Assembly (NCBI RefSeq): GCF_030684315.1
Contig: NC_081396.1
Span: 3,410,001-3,474,000, forward strand
Length of the DNA stretch: 64,000 bases
Direction of reading: 5' to 3'
DNA from: Stegostoma tigrinum
Taxonomy: Eukaryota
In this document: piece by piece, positions 1-12,316 of the stretch
Numbering within the stretch: position 1 is the first letter of the stretch
How the letters are laid out: each line of letters opens with the position of its first letter
Program-made: the position numbers and the translations under genes
The notes under the pieces: model-generated
Databases searched by the model: none
What the model saw: only the letters and a program-made list of their open reading frames with translations
What the model was told of the DNA's origin: nothing

Positions 1-410
1 TGTCCGGAGAAAGCTGAATTAGCAGTTCAAATCCAGTGACTGTTCAGAAAACTGAGCTCTGAGAAACAATCACCGGGCTGGGGCCATTGACACTGCTTTC
101 TCACCACAAATTCTGCCCTTCATGCTCGGTTTCTCCTTGAATCGATGATTGTGTTTCAGATGTCCAGCAGTTGCATTTATTTAATTTAGCATAACTGTGC
201 CCTGAGACAATACTCAGAGTACTTGTGAAGATACAAGGTGGTTTCTTCAATCGGAGATTCTGTTCAAACAATTTGTTGGAATTCAGAAAGGAGCAACATG
301 AGTTGTGATGAAAAGGAAAATTTGCAGGCCGACTGCACTGAGGCTTCGAAAGGCTGAAGTCAACGTTTTCGTGGCAAATCAAAGCTTTTGCTGTTGGAAA
401 TAGAATACAA

Positions 411-655
411 GAATCCCCTCCCTACCTCCCCACCTCTACTCTCCTCTCAACCTATCTTCTTTTCTCTCTATTCTTGTCCGCCTCCCCCTCTCTCCCTATT
501 TATACCAGAACCCTCTCTCCACCCCACTCTCTGATGAATGGTGCAGGCTCGAAACGTCAGCTTTTGTGCTCCTGAGATGCTGCTTGGCCTGCTGTGTTCA
601 TCCAGCTTCACACTTTGTTACGTTGGATTCTCCAGCACCTGCAGTTCCCATTATC
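411..655 (+). mobile_element. Penelope-like element 3' end (pLTR fragment) with degenerate minimal hammerhead core
   Basis: Pyrimidine-rich tract, then CTGATGA(531)..GAAACGTC(558) and GCTTTTGTGCTCCTGAGATGCTGCTTGGCCTGCTGTGTTCATCCAGC; this tail recurs at 27.6, 32.5, 47.1 and 52.2 kb. Confidence 0.65.
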
Positions 656-919
656 AGTGATAAAAAGATAGGTTTTTTGGGAAAAAAATAGAGAAAATCG
701 TAAGCAGGAATTCTTTTCTAATTGGAAGGATGAGACAAACTGAATCGGTCTATGTTGGACTCTCTATGCAGGTACTGTCAACAATAACAAAATGTGCAGC
801 AATGTAAGATATGAACAAACCCAGAAGTCGAAAAATGAAGAACAACTGAAGAATGCAAAGTTTCAGAAGAATTTAACTGTTTCACGTGCACACATCATAA
901 ACAATCAGTATTCAGTCAC

Positions 920-1390
920 AGATCATTATCAGGAAGGCAAATGAGATGTGACCCTTTGTGGCCAAATGAGTTGAATATAAACGTAACAATGACGTGATTT
1001 ATTTCGACATGGCATTAATGATATTATGACACCATACCTAAGTGGAGCTTTCTTCTCAGTTTTCACGAAGGATGTAAGTATAATTGGTTCACGGGAGATG
1101 TTGACTGAACAAAGTGGAGTGTCGTGTCTGAATAGCTTGGAGTGAAGCTGATCACTAGTGAGTGGTGACTTGATTTAAGTTTGCACTTTCCAGAATGATC
1201 TTGGCAAGGGTTGCACACATATTGCCTTCTTCACCAGTGCACAAATATGAACGACTATTTTCAAATTGGCATCTGCAGCGATAGCAGAGAGACAAGGTCG
1301 TTGTTCACTTTTGAAACTTTGATTCAGAAGACTGTGGAAGCAGGAACATGAAATGCTTCAAGAAGTAAATCGATTCTTGATGAGATAGAG
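920..1390 (+). mobile_element. Highly decayed CR1 LINE 3' fragment
   Basis: Degenerate match to the CR1 ORF2 C-terminal region (KANGML..LVRPHLEY-like); boundaries approximate. Confidence 0.45.
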
Positions 1391-2087
1391 ATTCATAGAT
1401 TCGTACAATCATGAAGTATGGGAACAGACACTCCTTTCCAAACAGTTCGTGTCATAAATAATTCCAAACTGAAGTAAACCCATCTTCCTGCACCTGGATA
1501 ATATAACTCCGAAACTTTCCAACTCATATTTGCATCTAAATGTATTTTAAACTTTGTAATTTTAAACTCATTCACCACTTCACCAGGAAGTTCATTCCAC
1601 ACGAGAACCACAATCTGTATAAAAAGGAACCTCATGTCTTTTTTTAAATCTTTCTCTTCTCACTTTTAAAATGTGGCCCATCGTCTCTAATTTCGCTTCC
1701 TTTGGGGGAAGCGAACTACCAATGATTCTACCTGTGCCTTTTGTTATTTTATGAACTTCTACCACGACACCTTTCAACCTCCTGCGCTTCAATGAAATAA
1801 AGGTCGCAGCCTATCCAGTCTTTCCTAGTAGCTCAAGCCTTCCATCCCCGGCAACCTCCTGGCTAATCTCTTCTGAACCCTCTCAATCTCAAGAACATCC
1901 TCCTATAACTGGCTGACCAGTACTGGAGAACCTATGCCAGAAGAGGTTTCATCGATCTCCTGTCCAACATCACAAACGCGCCAAACCTTATGCTCAAAGG
2001 ACGAAGCAATGAAGACAAGCTTGCAAAACACCATTTCAATCATTCTGTGTTCATATGAGGCTCACTTTCAAGAATTACGTGCCGAGT

Positions 2088-2601
2088 AGCGAGTTTTGAA
2101 AGATTTGTGGCTCAGTTTGAGTTTCTGGATGTGAGCTTGCTCGCTGAGCTGGAAGATTAGTTTTTAGACGTTTCATCACCATTCTTGGTAGCATCATCAG
2201 TGAGGCTCTGATGAAGCGCTGGTGTTTTGTCCCGCTTTCTATTTTTCTGATTCGGTTGCCTTGGGTTGGTGATGTCATTTCCTGCGTTGGTGATGTCATT
2301 TCCTGTTCTTTTTCTCAAACAGAGACACACACGAGAATTCCTGCAAGCATGGCATTCCAACCGGAACTCCATCAACAAACAAATTGATTTGGAGCCAATC
2401 TACCATCATCTGAGAAAATGAACAAGAAATGACATCACCAACGCAGGAAATGACATCACCAACCCAAGGAAACCTAAACAGATCAATAGAAAGCGGGACA
2501 TAACACTAGCGCTTCATCGGAGGCTCACTGATGATGTTAACTAGAATAGTGACAACACGTCTGAAAACTAATCTTCCAGCTCAGCGAGCAGTCTCACATC
2601 C
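2088..2601 (+). mobile_element. 5'-truncated Penelope-like element with inverted pLTR (fold-back) and 15-bp TSD
   Basis: ~2128-2315 is the reverse complement of ~2411-2601; the centre encodes KQRHTREFLQAWHSNRNSINKQIDLEPIY (GIY-YIG C-terminus-like); flanked by AATTACGTGCCGAGT (2073-2087) and AATTACGTGCCTAGT (2602-2616). Confidence 0.85.
2167..2200 (-). ncRNA. Minimal type I hammerhead ribozyme core in Penelope pLTR (stem II partly decayed)
   Basis: Minus strand reads CTGATGA-TGCTACC-AAGAAT-GGTGAT-GAAAC-GTC. Confidence 0.55.
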
Positions 2602-3456
2602 AATTACGTGCCTAGTTCCCAAGATTGCTCCCCTAGACTGCTTTGCCATTAATTGGTGTCTGCTCTATCCTTCTTATTTGGAACAAACTGCCATGCCTCG
2701 CATTCATCCAAACTGAACTCGTGGTTCCATTTTCACCCTATTAACCATTTGATCAAGACCCCTTTGTAATATTAGAAAACCTTCTTCACTGTCTACAAAA
2801 CGGACAAATATGATGTCGTCCACCAACTTAATAACTATACTTGTTATCTTTCTCAGTAAAAAAAAAACACACAAATGACAACCAAAAGAGGACCCAGAAG
2901 CAATCCCTGTGGAAAACCGCTGGTCGCAGTCTCCGGTCAGAAATGCAACGTCTCCCATTTTTTCTATCTCTGTTTAACCGTTCCCTGATGGTATCGCGAA
3001 CTCAATAGCTGTGAAACACGACTAGGGTACAAAGAAGAATAAAGAACCAGTTAATTGAATGTAGGCATAAATGCAAGGGTTAGGTAATAGAAGAACAGTG
3101 AGATAAATTGCACTGATCAACTGTGATCCCTCATGCCAGTCACATGCTCGGTGTGAGCCTTGTATTGCACACTACTTTTGTTCCAAATTTTAAATGTCTG
3201 TCTTGCAGTTGGTCTATTGTTTAAGGTACGGCAGGGGAGGTGCTGTGACGTGTTGGTCATTTCCATGCTTGTTAGTAATTGCTCTCCATGAATTTATCAG
3301 GTCAATCAATAATTGATTCTACTAATGATGACGGCCATATTGTGTAGAAATAGACAAATAACATTCAGTGACAGCTCGTACCATTAGTTGATGTAGAAAA
3401 TAAAATGTCATTCACTCTTCACAGCAGGCATTGTCGAGGTGGCACTGTCAGCGCTC

Positions 3457-3464
3457 ATGCAAAT
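3457..3464 (+). promoter_or_regulatory. Perfect octamer ATGCAAAT ~260 bp upstream of the V pseudogene exon
   Basis: Motif seen directly; any function is inferred from position only. Confidence 0.3.
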
Positions 3465-3721
3465 TTAAACACTCGTATTAAGGATTTAACTCTTATCCAC
3501 ATTTTCAATTAATTATCGTCGACTGGCAAAGACTGTATTCCATTTCACGGTGTCTCAAATACAGCACAGCACTGACTGTTCTCGCAGCTGCCCTGAGAAG
3601 ATTGCGCATGGGTCATTTCTGACGGGTAATTGGCAACCTAATTCGTTTCTTTCTTTAATTTAAAAAAGATATCTGCCTTGTTAAAATGAACAAGTCTATT
3701 CTGTTAAAACATATTCCTCAG

Positions 3722-4006
3722 TTCTGATGTTTGAAGATTCTGTCACTCCACTCCTGTCCTCAAAAAAAATCTAAGAGTAAAAACAATTACTTCATATTTT
3801 ATCCATTACAACACACGGAACGTCAATTGTTTATGTTGGTAACCGTGAGATTGCATTGACAAATATATCAGTGGTAATGAAGATAAACCAAATTGTGCAA
3901 AGGCCATTTCTTCTGCAGAGTTTGAAATCACAGCTAAAATCCTCACTTCATCGATGTCGTCTTGGTAGCTCGCTGATACCACAGTTTGTTACTGCGCCAT
4001 GAGAAG
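3722..4006 (+). pseudogene. TCR alpha/delta-like variable segment pseudogene
   Basis: Acceptor ttcctcag, then LMFEDSVTPLLSS (GDSVTQ-like FR1); CLCW* at the LYWY position; ends DTTVCYCAMR (DTAVYYCA-like); contains stops and frameshifts; followed by an RSS-like signal. Confidence 0.7.
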
Positions 4007-4045
4007 AACGGTGATGGAAGTCAGTCAACCTTTAAAGCAGAAACT
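4007..4045 (+). other. Degenerate 23-RSS of the V pseudogene
   Basis: AACGGTG - 23 nt - GCAGAAACT; the essential CAC of the heptamer is lost. Confidence 0.65.
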
Positions 4046-4448
4046 TGCATCGATCTGAATGCTTTAGAAACACTTGTTTGAACAAGATGCAGCAGGTGTC
4101 AAATTGATGATGAAACGCAGCGTGCCTGGCCTGTCAAACATAATGGGACAGCCCCAGGAAGCAGCCCATTGTATGAAGCTATCAATGTAGTCAGGTAATG
4201 ACGCAAATTTATCATTTCAACCTCTGAAAGGCATGGTTGACACGTGAATGAAAACGCCCAGATAATTTCAGAGCCACCACTGGGATTGAGTCGGCCAATC
4301 GACATCTGCAATCATCACAATTTAATATTGAGGTCCATAATTGGACAGCCTGATGATCTCATGTTATGTTCTTTACTCACGATCAAAACCCTGGCCCTGA
4401 CATGACACGAGGTGCATTCATCACAGCCAACCAATTTGCATTCACAAA

Positions 4449-4706
4449 TGATATGTTGTTGGGAGAACAACGCATTGATTTCTATATTCTTGAGAAATCA
4501 ATTGTTTTTATCTACTGTCACAGGGATACACGGACACTGTCTTAAAACTTCCTTCTCGACTAGATTTAAGTGTGAAACTTTGTAAATCCTTATTTTCCAA
4601 CACATAATTAGAAAGACACTGCCTCGAGATTCCTGCCTGAATAGAATTAGGTATAAGCTTTGTTAGTCTTTATCTTTCCGCACTTCGGTATGTGGAAACT
4701 GTCTCA
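4449..4706 (+). repeat. ERV 5' LTR (258 bp, TG...CA)
   Basis: Colinear with 12059-12316; ends TGATA...TCTCA; identity continues 6 nt further (AATAAG), so the right boundary is uncertain. Confidence 0.8.
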
Positions 4707-5122
4707 AATAAGACTAAGTTGGGCAGCGTTTCCTCAGGTAACTGGATTATCCGGGAGGTTAGAGTCCTTCAGTTGCCGGGGTTAGTGTGCCTAGGTCAGG
4801 TAAGTGGAAAGTCTGGGAGGTGAGATTCCCCCGGTGGATGGGGTCAGAGTCCTTAGGCCAGGAAGTAAAACTGCCTTCGTAAGTCTTGGGGTGTTCGATT
4901 CAGATTGGAAAAGTAGGATAAGTCTTCAGACGTAGGTTTCGGATAGTTACAGTACCTGTCTGTCTCAACCACCCTGCCTTAGATCGGTTGTTCAGAGGGG
5001 AAATGCCCGACGCGAATGTTGGGTACCCGAAGTGGGTGCTGAGACGAAGGAGACTGGTGTTGTATACAGAAATAAGTAAAAAGTAAAGGCACTAAAAATG
5101 GGACAAATGTTAGATTCGTCGG

Positions 5123-7218
5123 GTGTCGGAACCCCTTTTCATCGATTTTACCAGGATGACCTCGAATAGGAAATACAGTACCGAAGTCTGTTGGAATGCC
5201 AAAACAAAAAAAAAGGAAAATGAGAATCGCCATGAGGTGGAACGTGGGATATTGATCTATGTGCTAAAGTACGAGAGGCAATATCGACACGTAATGCGGG
5301 AAGTAAATGGAAACGGTTGATGTCATCCCGGAAAAAAAAGAGAGCTGAAGAGCTGAATGAAACATCAAAAATGGCTAGTTGGGTGGAAAATGCACTGAGG
5401 AAAGGGATTAGTGCATGTGATAGTCAGGGAAAACCTAAACCTTGGGAGATTTTAACGCCTCAGTGTGAGGATCATGAAATGAATGAACATGGAAGAGTTA
5501 AACAAGAAAGGCTGGAAAGGGAACGTTGGGTCAAAAAACGGGGATGAGAACTGCTGACAGAAGATACAAAAATCGGAGGTAACTCCTGACATACCTGGCA
5601 TGCCAATGTTTATCAAAAAATAATGACACAGGTCAGCAAGATGAGGAGAACTGGGGAAGGCACCCCTTGTCCCATCGGGACTACGAACCCCTCCACAACT
5701 CGAACCATCCTTGATCAACCTACATCTGCAGGCGCCCCAATACTGCCATCAGTCTCAGGAATCGCCCGGAGCCCGATTACTGTTATTGCACGCTGACCAC
5801 AAGAAACCTCCTACGACAGAATTCCCAAGTCCTTCAGAAATCAGTCCACGTGAACCTTCTGACAAACCCATGGCTTGGACAGGCTCTATTTCCTGTCATT
5901 GTACATCTGAGCCTAAACAGACAATCAGGAAACAAAATACGGAACAGACCACAAGTGGACAAAAGGAGTGGGGTTCATCACTCTTTTAAAACCCACAGGG
6001 GATGCCTGAAAAAAATGTCAGCCCCGCATGCAGTTTCCTCAGCCCACGAGTTCCTGTCTTGTGTCACCTCGCGATGCTGCGAGTGGTGAGAAGTATGTTA
6101 GTTCCGATTCAAGGGCTGATGATAATGAACCTGAGGACAGCGCTTGGGAGAGACCCTCGGACACCCCTCCCCGAAAGAAAGACCCCCATAAAAGAAATCC
6201 ACAATCTCTGAATCGTACGATCCATCACCTGAGCCCAACACAGGGGGATCAAAATACCATGCAGGCCGACACTCGTTGGAAGCTGCAGGAGATGTGTTTA
6301 ATTATGCAAAGAGCCACTCATAGAAAGACTAATCCTGACGACTTCATAGGCTATGTCCTGAGCACTATTCATATGCACCAAGGCACCCCGCAAGCCCTCT
6401 TTAGACTGCGCTGTATGGCTCTTACCCTCAGTGAATTTTCTCTGTGGAAAATCCCCCTGGGAGACCCAGCTCCCCAAGACTGGAATGCTTTTATAGGTCT
6501 TGTAGCTAAAGGTCTTAAGCTACTAACCATTAATGATCCCCTCAAGCGAACATTGCAGCAACCAGTAGATGTTCCCAGAGTGTCAGAGTGCAAATCCAAA
6601 CGCGGGGAATGAGTTCTGGGAATGTTTCAGTTCCACATATGCCACCTACTCTGGTAATACTGCCTACTTTGCAGGGAATCCCTCACCACAGTTCAATGCT
6701 CTTTTGCTGCAGTGTATACCTGAGGCTGTGGCGGTGGCTATTCGTACCAATAACATGGATTGGCCAGATAATAACCGTCCTCAAGTGGGAAGGGCCTTAA
6801 CTTATTACCGGAAGGAATCCTTACTGACCAGAGTCACAAATGACATGGTGTAGCATCACCTGTGCCAAGCCAGGTCCAGAAAACCAGCTCATCCAGCATT
6901 GGGCTTCCAATTAGTGAGGGCATTTCACACAGAATCCCAATACTATTTTCCTGCTGCGTCGACAATCATGGTAACGGTTTTGTCACTCACCCACACGGTC
7001 CTAATGCTCTTCACTGTGGAGCACCATATGCACCCGCTCCACCATTCCGGAGACCCAGTGCCACTTTGCCGCGAGGCGCAACACCACACTCTACTGACGG
7101 ATGTTTTAACTGTGGCAGTTGGGATCAGTGGATGAGGACTTGTGCTCAGAATCAAGGTCAAGGGAGAACACAAGGAAGAAGGCAACCCTTTTCCACTAAT
7201 AATCCTTTTTCAGCCTGA
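5123..7218 (+). pseudogene. gag: ERV gag, disrupted
   Basis: Pro-rich and capsid-like ORF fragments; degenerate CCHC knuckle CFNCGSWDQWMRTC (7102-7143); TGA at 7216-7218; start approximate. Confidence 0.7.
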
Positions 7219-10200
7219 TGATCTTCACCCCATAATCTGCACATTTTAAAGAGAGATCCGGAGGATCAACCTATGTTAATCTAACTGCACAAAGGGTAGC
7301 AAGTTCTTTTGTGATTGTTACTGGGGCCAAGACATCTATGTTGGATGCATCATGTGTACAGCAATATGGGTTTACACTCTCACCCGTCTCAGTAAGCCTT
7401 AATGGACAGACTGGACAGGCAAATGCATACTCTTTAACAGAACCATTGGCAGTTCAATTTGGCCCTGAAAACTGTATTATTTATTTTGCCCAGACACTCA
7501 CTTTGGGAGCTAATTTAGCCGGGACAGATTTGTTGTGCCTTCTTCAAACTGAAATTCTGTGTCTCAAGAAGGGCATTAGTGTCAAAAGTGACCCGATTAT
7601 GCGACATTTTTGGGTTCATCGATCGCCACAATGATGGACAATCGACTTATCTCTGTGAGATATCTCCCTTTTCCTCCAAATCCCTCGTCCTCAAGTTGAC
7701 TTGTGTTATGACCCTACAGGGACTTCCTGTTAATTGGCTGGTATTTACCCCCTATCTCGGATCAAGTTTATCTGTCACTATTGTCGGGTATATAGAGGGA
7801 AAGGAAGAATCAGCGTTTCTGGCGGAGGTGCCACCCCATCTATGCCATGAATCGTTCCTGGTATTCCCTTACTTCACACTGGCTGTGAGCACCGGCTACA
7901 ATGTCAAGTCCTTGGGATTTCTAGTGCACCTCTTGATCCCACAATCATACGTGGAAGTGAAGGGTTATTCAGCGCAGGTGGCTGATGGTCTCATTACATA
8001 TTATAGTGATCATTTTCTTGTCTTTGGGCCATTACATCGCCACCATGCTCATCATAGTGCCTCTAAGGAGTCTTCTCCAGACCTGTGGTCTACTTCCACA
8101 CCTGAGGTAGGATACACTCCGGTCACCATCGTAGGAGTGCGCTTACCCTCAATACCTCAGTACCCCGTCAAACCTGAGACAGTGGAAGGAATAACCTCCC
8201 TGATCAAGTCGTTCCTCCAACCAGGTATATTGTTCCCTTGTCAATTGCCTTGCAATACTCCTATTCTGCCCCTCCCTAAACCCGGTCGCCAGGAATGGCG
8301 ACTGGTCCAGGACCTCAGACAAATAAATAAGATAGTGCGACCCTGACATCCGATTGCCCTTAATCCTGCCACTATGCTTAGCAACATCCCCTCAGATGCG
8401 TGTGTCATCACCGTTTTGGACTTGCAACATGCATTTTTCATGATTCCCTTGCATCAGGGGTCTTAATATCGGTTTGTCTTTTCCTTTAAAGGACAGCAGG
8501 AGACCTGGACTTGTCTCCCCCGAAAGTTCATTCACTCGCCTGCCCTAGTTTCCCAGGTCTGGCATCGCCAGCTCCAAGATCTCCGACTCTTGGATGGCTC
8601 CACTGTTATCCAATATGTTCACGATTTGCTCTTAGCAAGCCCATCATAATCCAATAATGTTTTGGATGCAAACAGCCTTTTGAACGCTCTTCAATCTTGG
8701 GCATATCTTATGACCACTGTGAAGGTTACGTGTAATCAACAGCAGGGGCCGTTCCCAGGAATTCTGCTCAGCGCCTGGGAACTAACGCTGACCCCTCAGC
8801 GCATTGCTCTTATTCAGATGAACCACGCCCATCACCCCAAAACAAGTAAGGGCCTTTTTCGGCTTGGTAAATTATTGTTGACAGTGGCTCACGACTGTCC
8901 CTTTGCTTTAAAAAAAAAACTACCGACCCCTTTAGCTTCTTGTAAAAACCCAAAAAACCTTCACCCTCTCTGACAAACAACAGTCAGCCTTTGCAGACTT
9001 AAATGCTGACCTTGCAGCTTCCCCGGCTTTGGGAAGACCTTTACATGACAGACCTTTCCGGCTATATGTTAATGTTGTGTATGGGTGCACCACTGGGCTA
9101 TTGACACAGACTCGTGGCATGGGCAAACAATCGGCCAACGACGACTCTACCTGCCTGGACTCTGTCGCACATGGGCTTACACCTTTGTTCCAAGATTCTT
9201 CTTGCAATTTATTCTTCAGTCACTGCAGCCTCTAAAGTTACTCTCCACCAGCCACTTACTGCCAAAAACTCACATGCCATTGACGTGATCCTCTCCTCCC
9301 ACCAGACTCAACACCTTACCCAGGCACATTTTAGCTGCTACGAAGTCGCACTCCTTAACAATCCGCTCTTGACATTCTCTTTCTGCTTCACAAATAACCC
9401 AACCACGTTTTTGAGCACCAAACTCCGATGAGTATTTAGCACACCTGCATGACTGCTTACGAAGGAACCAATTTCTAACATTTCTGCGCCTGTACCTGAT
9501 TAATGTCACGGTCCCTTCTCCGGATGTTATCCTGTTTGTTGATGGCAGTTCCTCCAAGTTCCCCTTGGGTAACAGTCTGGACATCCAATTGTCGATGTTG
9601 CCTCAGATTAGAATCAATGGTATTTGAGCCCCCAGTGTCCGCTCAGAAAGCAAAACGTTTTGTCCTTACTGTGCTTGCATCCTAGCAACAGGGAAGTCAG
9701 CGAATATTTACACCAACTCTCCGTATGCCTTCAGAGTCACCCACAACTTTGGCCAGTTATGGTGTCAGTATGGGTTTTTAACATCTTCAGGTTCACCCTT
9801 CCAACATTCCTCGTTTGTTAAAAACCCTCTCCAGACAATCCTCTTCCCTAACCAAGTGGTTATTATCAAATGCGTTGCCCATGCCTCCGACGAATCCGGA
9901 GTTACTCAGGGCAACACTCGGGCTGATGAGGCGGCCAAACAGGCAACTGCAGATCAAACCTTTACTGTGCCATGTACGAACAAGCAGGTGGGAAATCCAA
10001 TGCCTCATTCGGACTAGATGGGCATACCAGAAATAGTCACTGTTCAGCACCTACAGGGCGATGTCCCTGCTTCTGAAAAGGACATTCGGACGGTGCATGG
10101 ATGTTCGTAATTTGCATCGTCAGGCCTTTGGATTACCCTCGTCGGCCAAGTGTGTATACCTGTTGCTTTGTTACCAATGCTTGTTGACTGTCTGCATTCT

Positions 10201-11190
10201 CACACCTATGTTGGCAAAGAGGCAATGAATGGTATTATGCTCCGTACCTTGTGGCACACCCGACTGGCTGAGGCACCCGCCCCCCGGCCCAGTCTCAAAG
10301 ACCATCATTTCTCACATGCAAGCAAAACAATTTTGCTCTGGGGGAGACGTGCTCACCCGGAAAAAAAATCAGGTGGACCGTTTGAATGCATTTAACTGGA
10401 TTTGATTGAATTACCTCGTGTAATTAGTTGTAAGTATTGTCTTGTCATTGCACATTCATTCAGTAGGTGGAGAGAAGCTTTCACACTGACACAAAACAAA
10501 GCCTCAACAGTAGTGAAGTTATTATTCATTGAAATAATGCCAAGGTTAGGTGTGACTCGACAATTTAGTTCTGTCAATGGCATCACTTTGTAGGAAAGAT
10601 TAATAAGGAACTCTGTGATACGTTATGCATCCAGCAGCAATTTCAACGTTCATACCACCCCTCAGTGTCAGGGATAGTGGAAAAAGAGAATGTAACGCTC
10701 AAAGCGAAATTGGCCAAGTTGATATTAGAGACTGGCCTTAGCTAGTTAAAGGTTTTGCCGCTAGCTTTGCACCACACGCGAATAACACCCTATTCTAAGA
10801 CTGGACTCACAGCAACAGAAATCGCCTATGGCTGACCCAGCAAAACACCCTGGGATGCCAATACCAGCCCACCCACCCAAATTGACTTGAATGTTGTGGG
10901 AGAAGAAATGCAAAGGTATTTTCTGCAGCCAACATCGTCTCCAAAGTTTCTCCATTCACTGGTGAAGCTGGTGAAGTGTACCATTGGAACACCGTTGCAG
11001 GCACTAGACCAAGACCTGAAGCACTAGAATCGCTCTTCATGACGACAGTTTGGAGATTTCGTACTTGTCCGAGATGGGGATCACCCAAATCTTGGGTGGA
11101 GGTGGAACGGGCCATTCTTAAAACTCCAACAGCTCTATAAGTTAAAAGACAGAATCGTTGGATCCACCGCAGGAACTGCAAACGACAGAT
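7219..11190 (+). pseudogene. pol: ERV pro-pol (protease, putative 2H domain, RT, RNase H, integrase), disrupted
   Basis: IVTGA (DTGA-like); PCNTPILPLPKPGRQEWRLVQDLRQINK; VLDLQHAFF; YVHD at 8614 (YVDD-like); LFVDGSS; GPFECI.LDLIELP; YHPSVSGIVEKEN. Confidence 0.9.
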
Positions 11191-11199
11191 TCCCTCTTC

Positions 11200-12030
11200 C
11201 CCTTGCAATTAACCATTTGAATGAGGATTATTCTGACAGTGCATGTCCAGCAAACAATCTGTTGCACAGAACACACGTCCAACTGCACGGGAATCAGACA
11301 ACATGTTACCTGCTGCCAGGCAAGAAGGGATTCGTTTTCCTTCTTCATGAGACCTTCACGATTGCCACTAAAATTTTGCTGGTGCTGTTTGCTGTTGGGG
11401 CCATTGGGCGCCTCATGGTCTCTTGTCCCCAATGAGCGTGAATTCAATGGCGAATTTCCTCACGCTTCCTGAGCCTGTAGTTTTGCGATGCATGGCAGGA
11501 TCCAATTGCCTTGGGCTCTTCCTTGTGTTATGGCTTCCTTGGAACTGTTAGCTTGGGAGGATCCCCGCGGTGGAGTCCGTAAGTAAACCGAAATTACCTG
11601 AGATGTAGACTCACCACCCTGGGAAACAGCACAATGAAAGCATTGGAGGCAGTCAACCGAGAATTTGCCAAACTTCATCTCTGTGCTCAGTAAACCCGGT
11701 ATGCAATGGACCATCAACTGGCTCAGCAAGGTGGAGAATGTATTATCATGGAGGACAAGTCTATGACCAAGTTACAGATGAGTCCTATAGTATTACCCAG
11801 GATATGCAAGCCATACAATGGCACTTGGAACAGTACAGACAGGGGCCCTGACCGGGGCAGTGTGGCTCTTTAGCATGGTTTATGGGCGGGTCTTGGGTCT
11901 CATACCTGCTACATGAGCTAGTTATTCTACAAGTTGTCATAGCGTTTGCTGTGTGTTTATTGTGTGCCTGAAATCTTGATTCAGGCATGCGTTTGCCAGA
12001 TCAGCAGCTCCCTTCTTGTCCCTGACATAA
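11200..12030 (+). pseudogene. env: ERV env remnant
   Basis: Fusion-peptide-like YGFLGTVSLGG; immunosuppressive-domain-like Q*TRYAMDHQLAQQGGEC (11688-11741); hydrophobic anchor LVILQVVIAFAVCLLCA. Confidence 0.7.
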
Positions 12031-12058
12031 GTTAACATGAAATAATAAACGGAGGGAA

Positions 12059-12316
12059 TGAGATGTTGTTGGGACAACATCCCATTGATTTCCACATTCT
12101 AGAGAAGTAAATGCTCTTTACCTGCTTACCCAGAAGTATGTGGACAATGCCTTCAAACTTCCTGCCCGACTAGAATTAGGTGTAAAACTTTGTAAATTCC
12201 AATCTTCCTACACATAGGTGGAAAGACACTCCCTTAAGCTTCCTGCCTAAATAGAATTATGTACTAACTTTGCCAGACTTTATCTTCCTGCGCAGGGGTA
12301 TGTGGAAACTGTCTCA
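12059..12316 (+). repeat. ERV 3' LTR
   Basis: Preceded by purine tract AAACGGAGGGAA; TGAGA...TCTCA terminal inverted repeat; aligns to the 5' LTR. Confidence 0.85.

Larger units (their letters stand above)
1393..2950 (-). mobile_element. CR1 LINE 3' portion, interrupted by a Penelope insertion
   Basis: ORF fragments VWNELPGEVV..FKIHLD, LKGVVVEVHKI..GHILKVRRERFK and IKLVDD..VDSEEGFLILQRGLDQ are typical of the CR1 RT C-terminus. Confidence 0.8.
4449..12316 (+). mobile_element. Decayed endogenous retrovirus (epsilon-like), LTR-gag-pro-pol-env-LTR
   Basis: Paired LTRs, polypurine tract before the 3' LTR, zinc knuckle, RT/RNase H/integrase motifs and env TM remnant; many stops and frameshifts. 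Confidence 0.92.

Noticed and set aside
4707-4740. tRNA primer-binding site after the 5' LTR
   Set aside because: TGGGCAGCG only weakly resembles a tRNA-Leu PBS and is offset from the LTR end; cannot be assigned.
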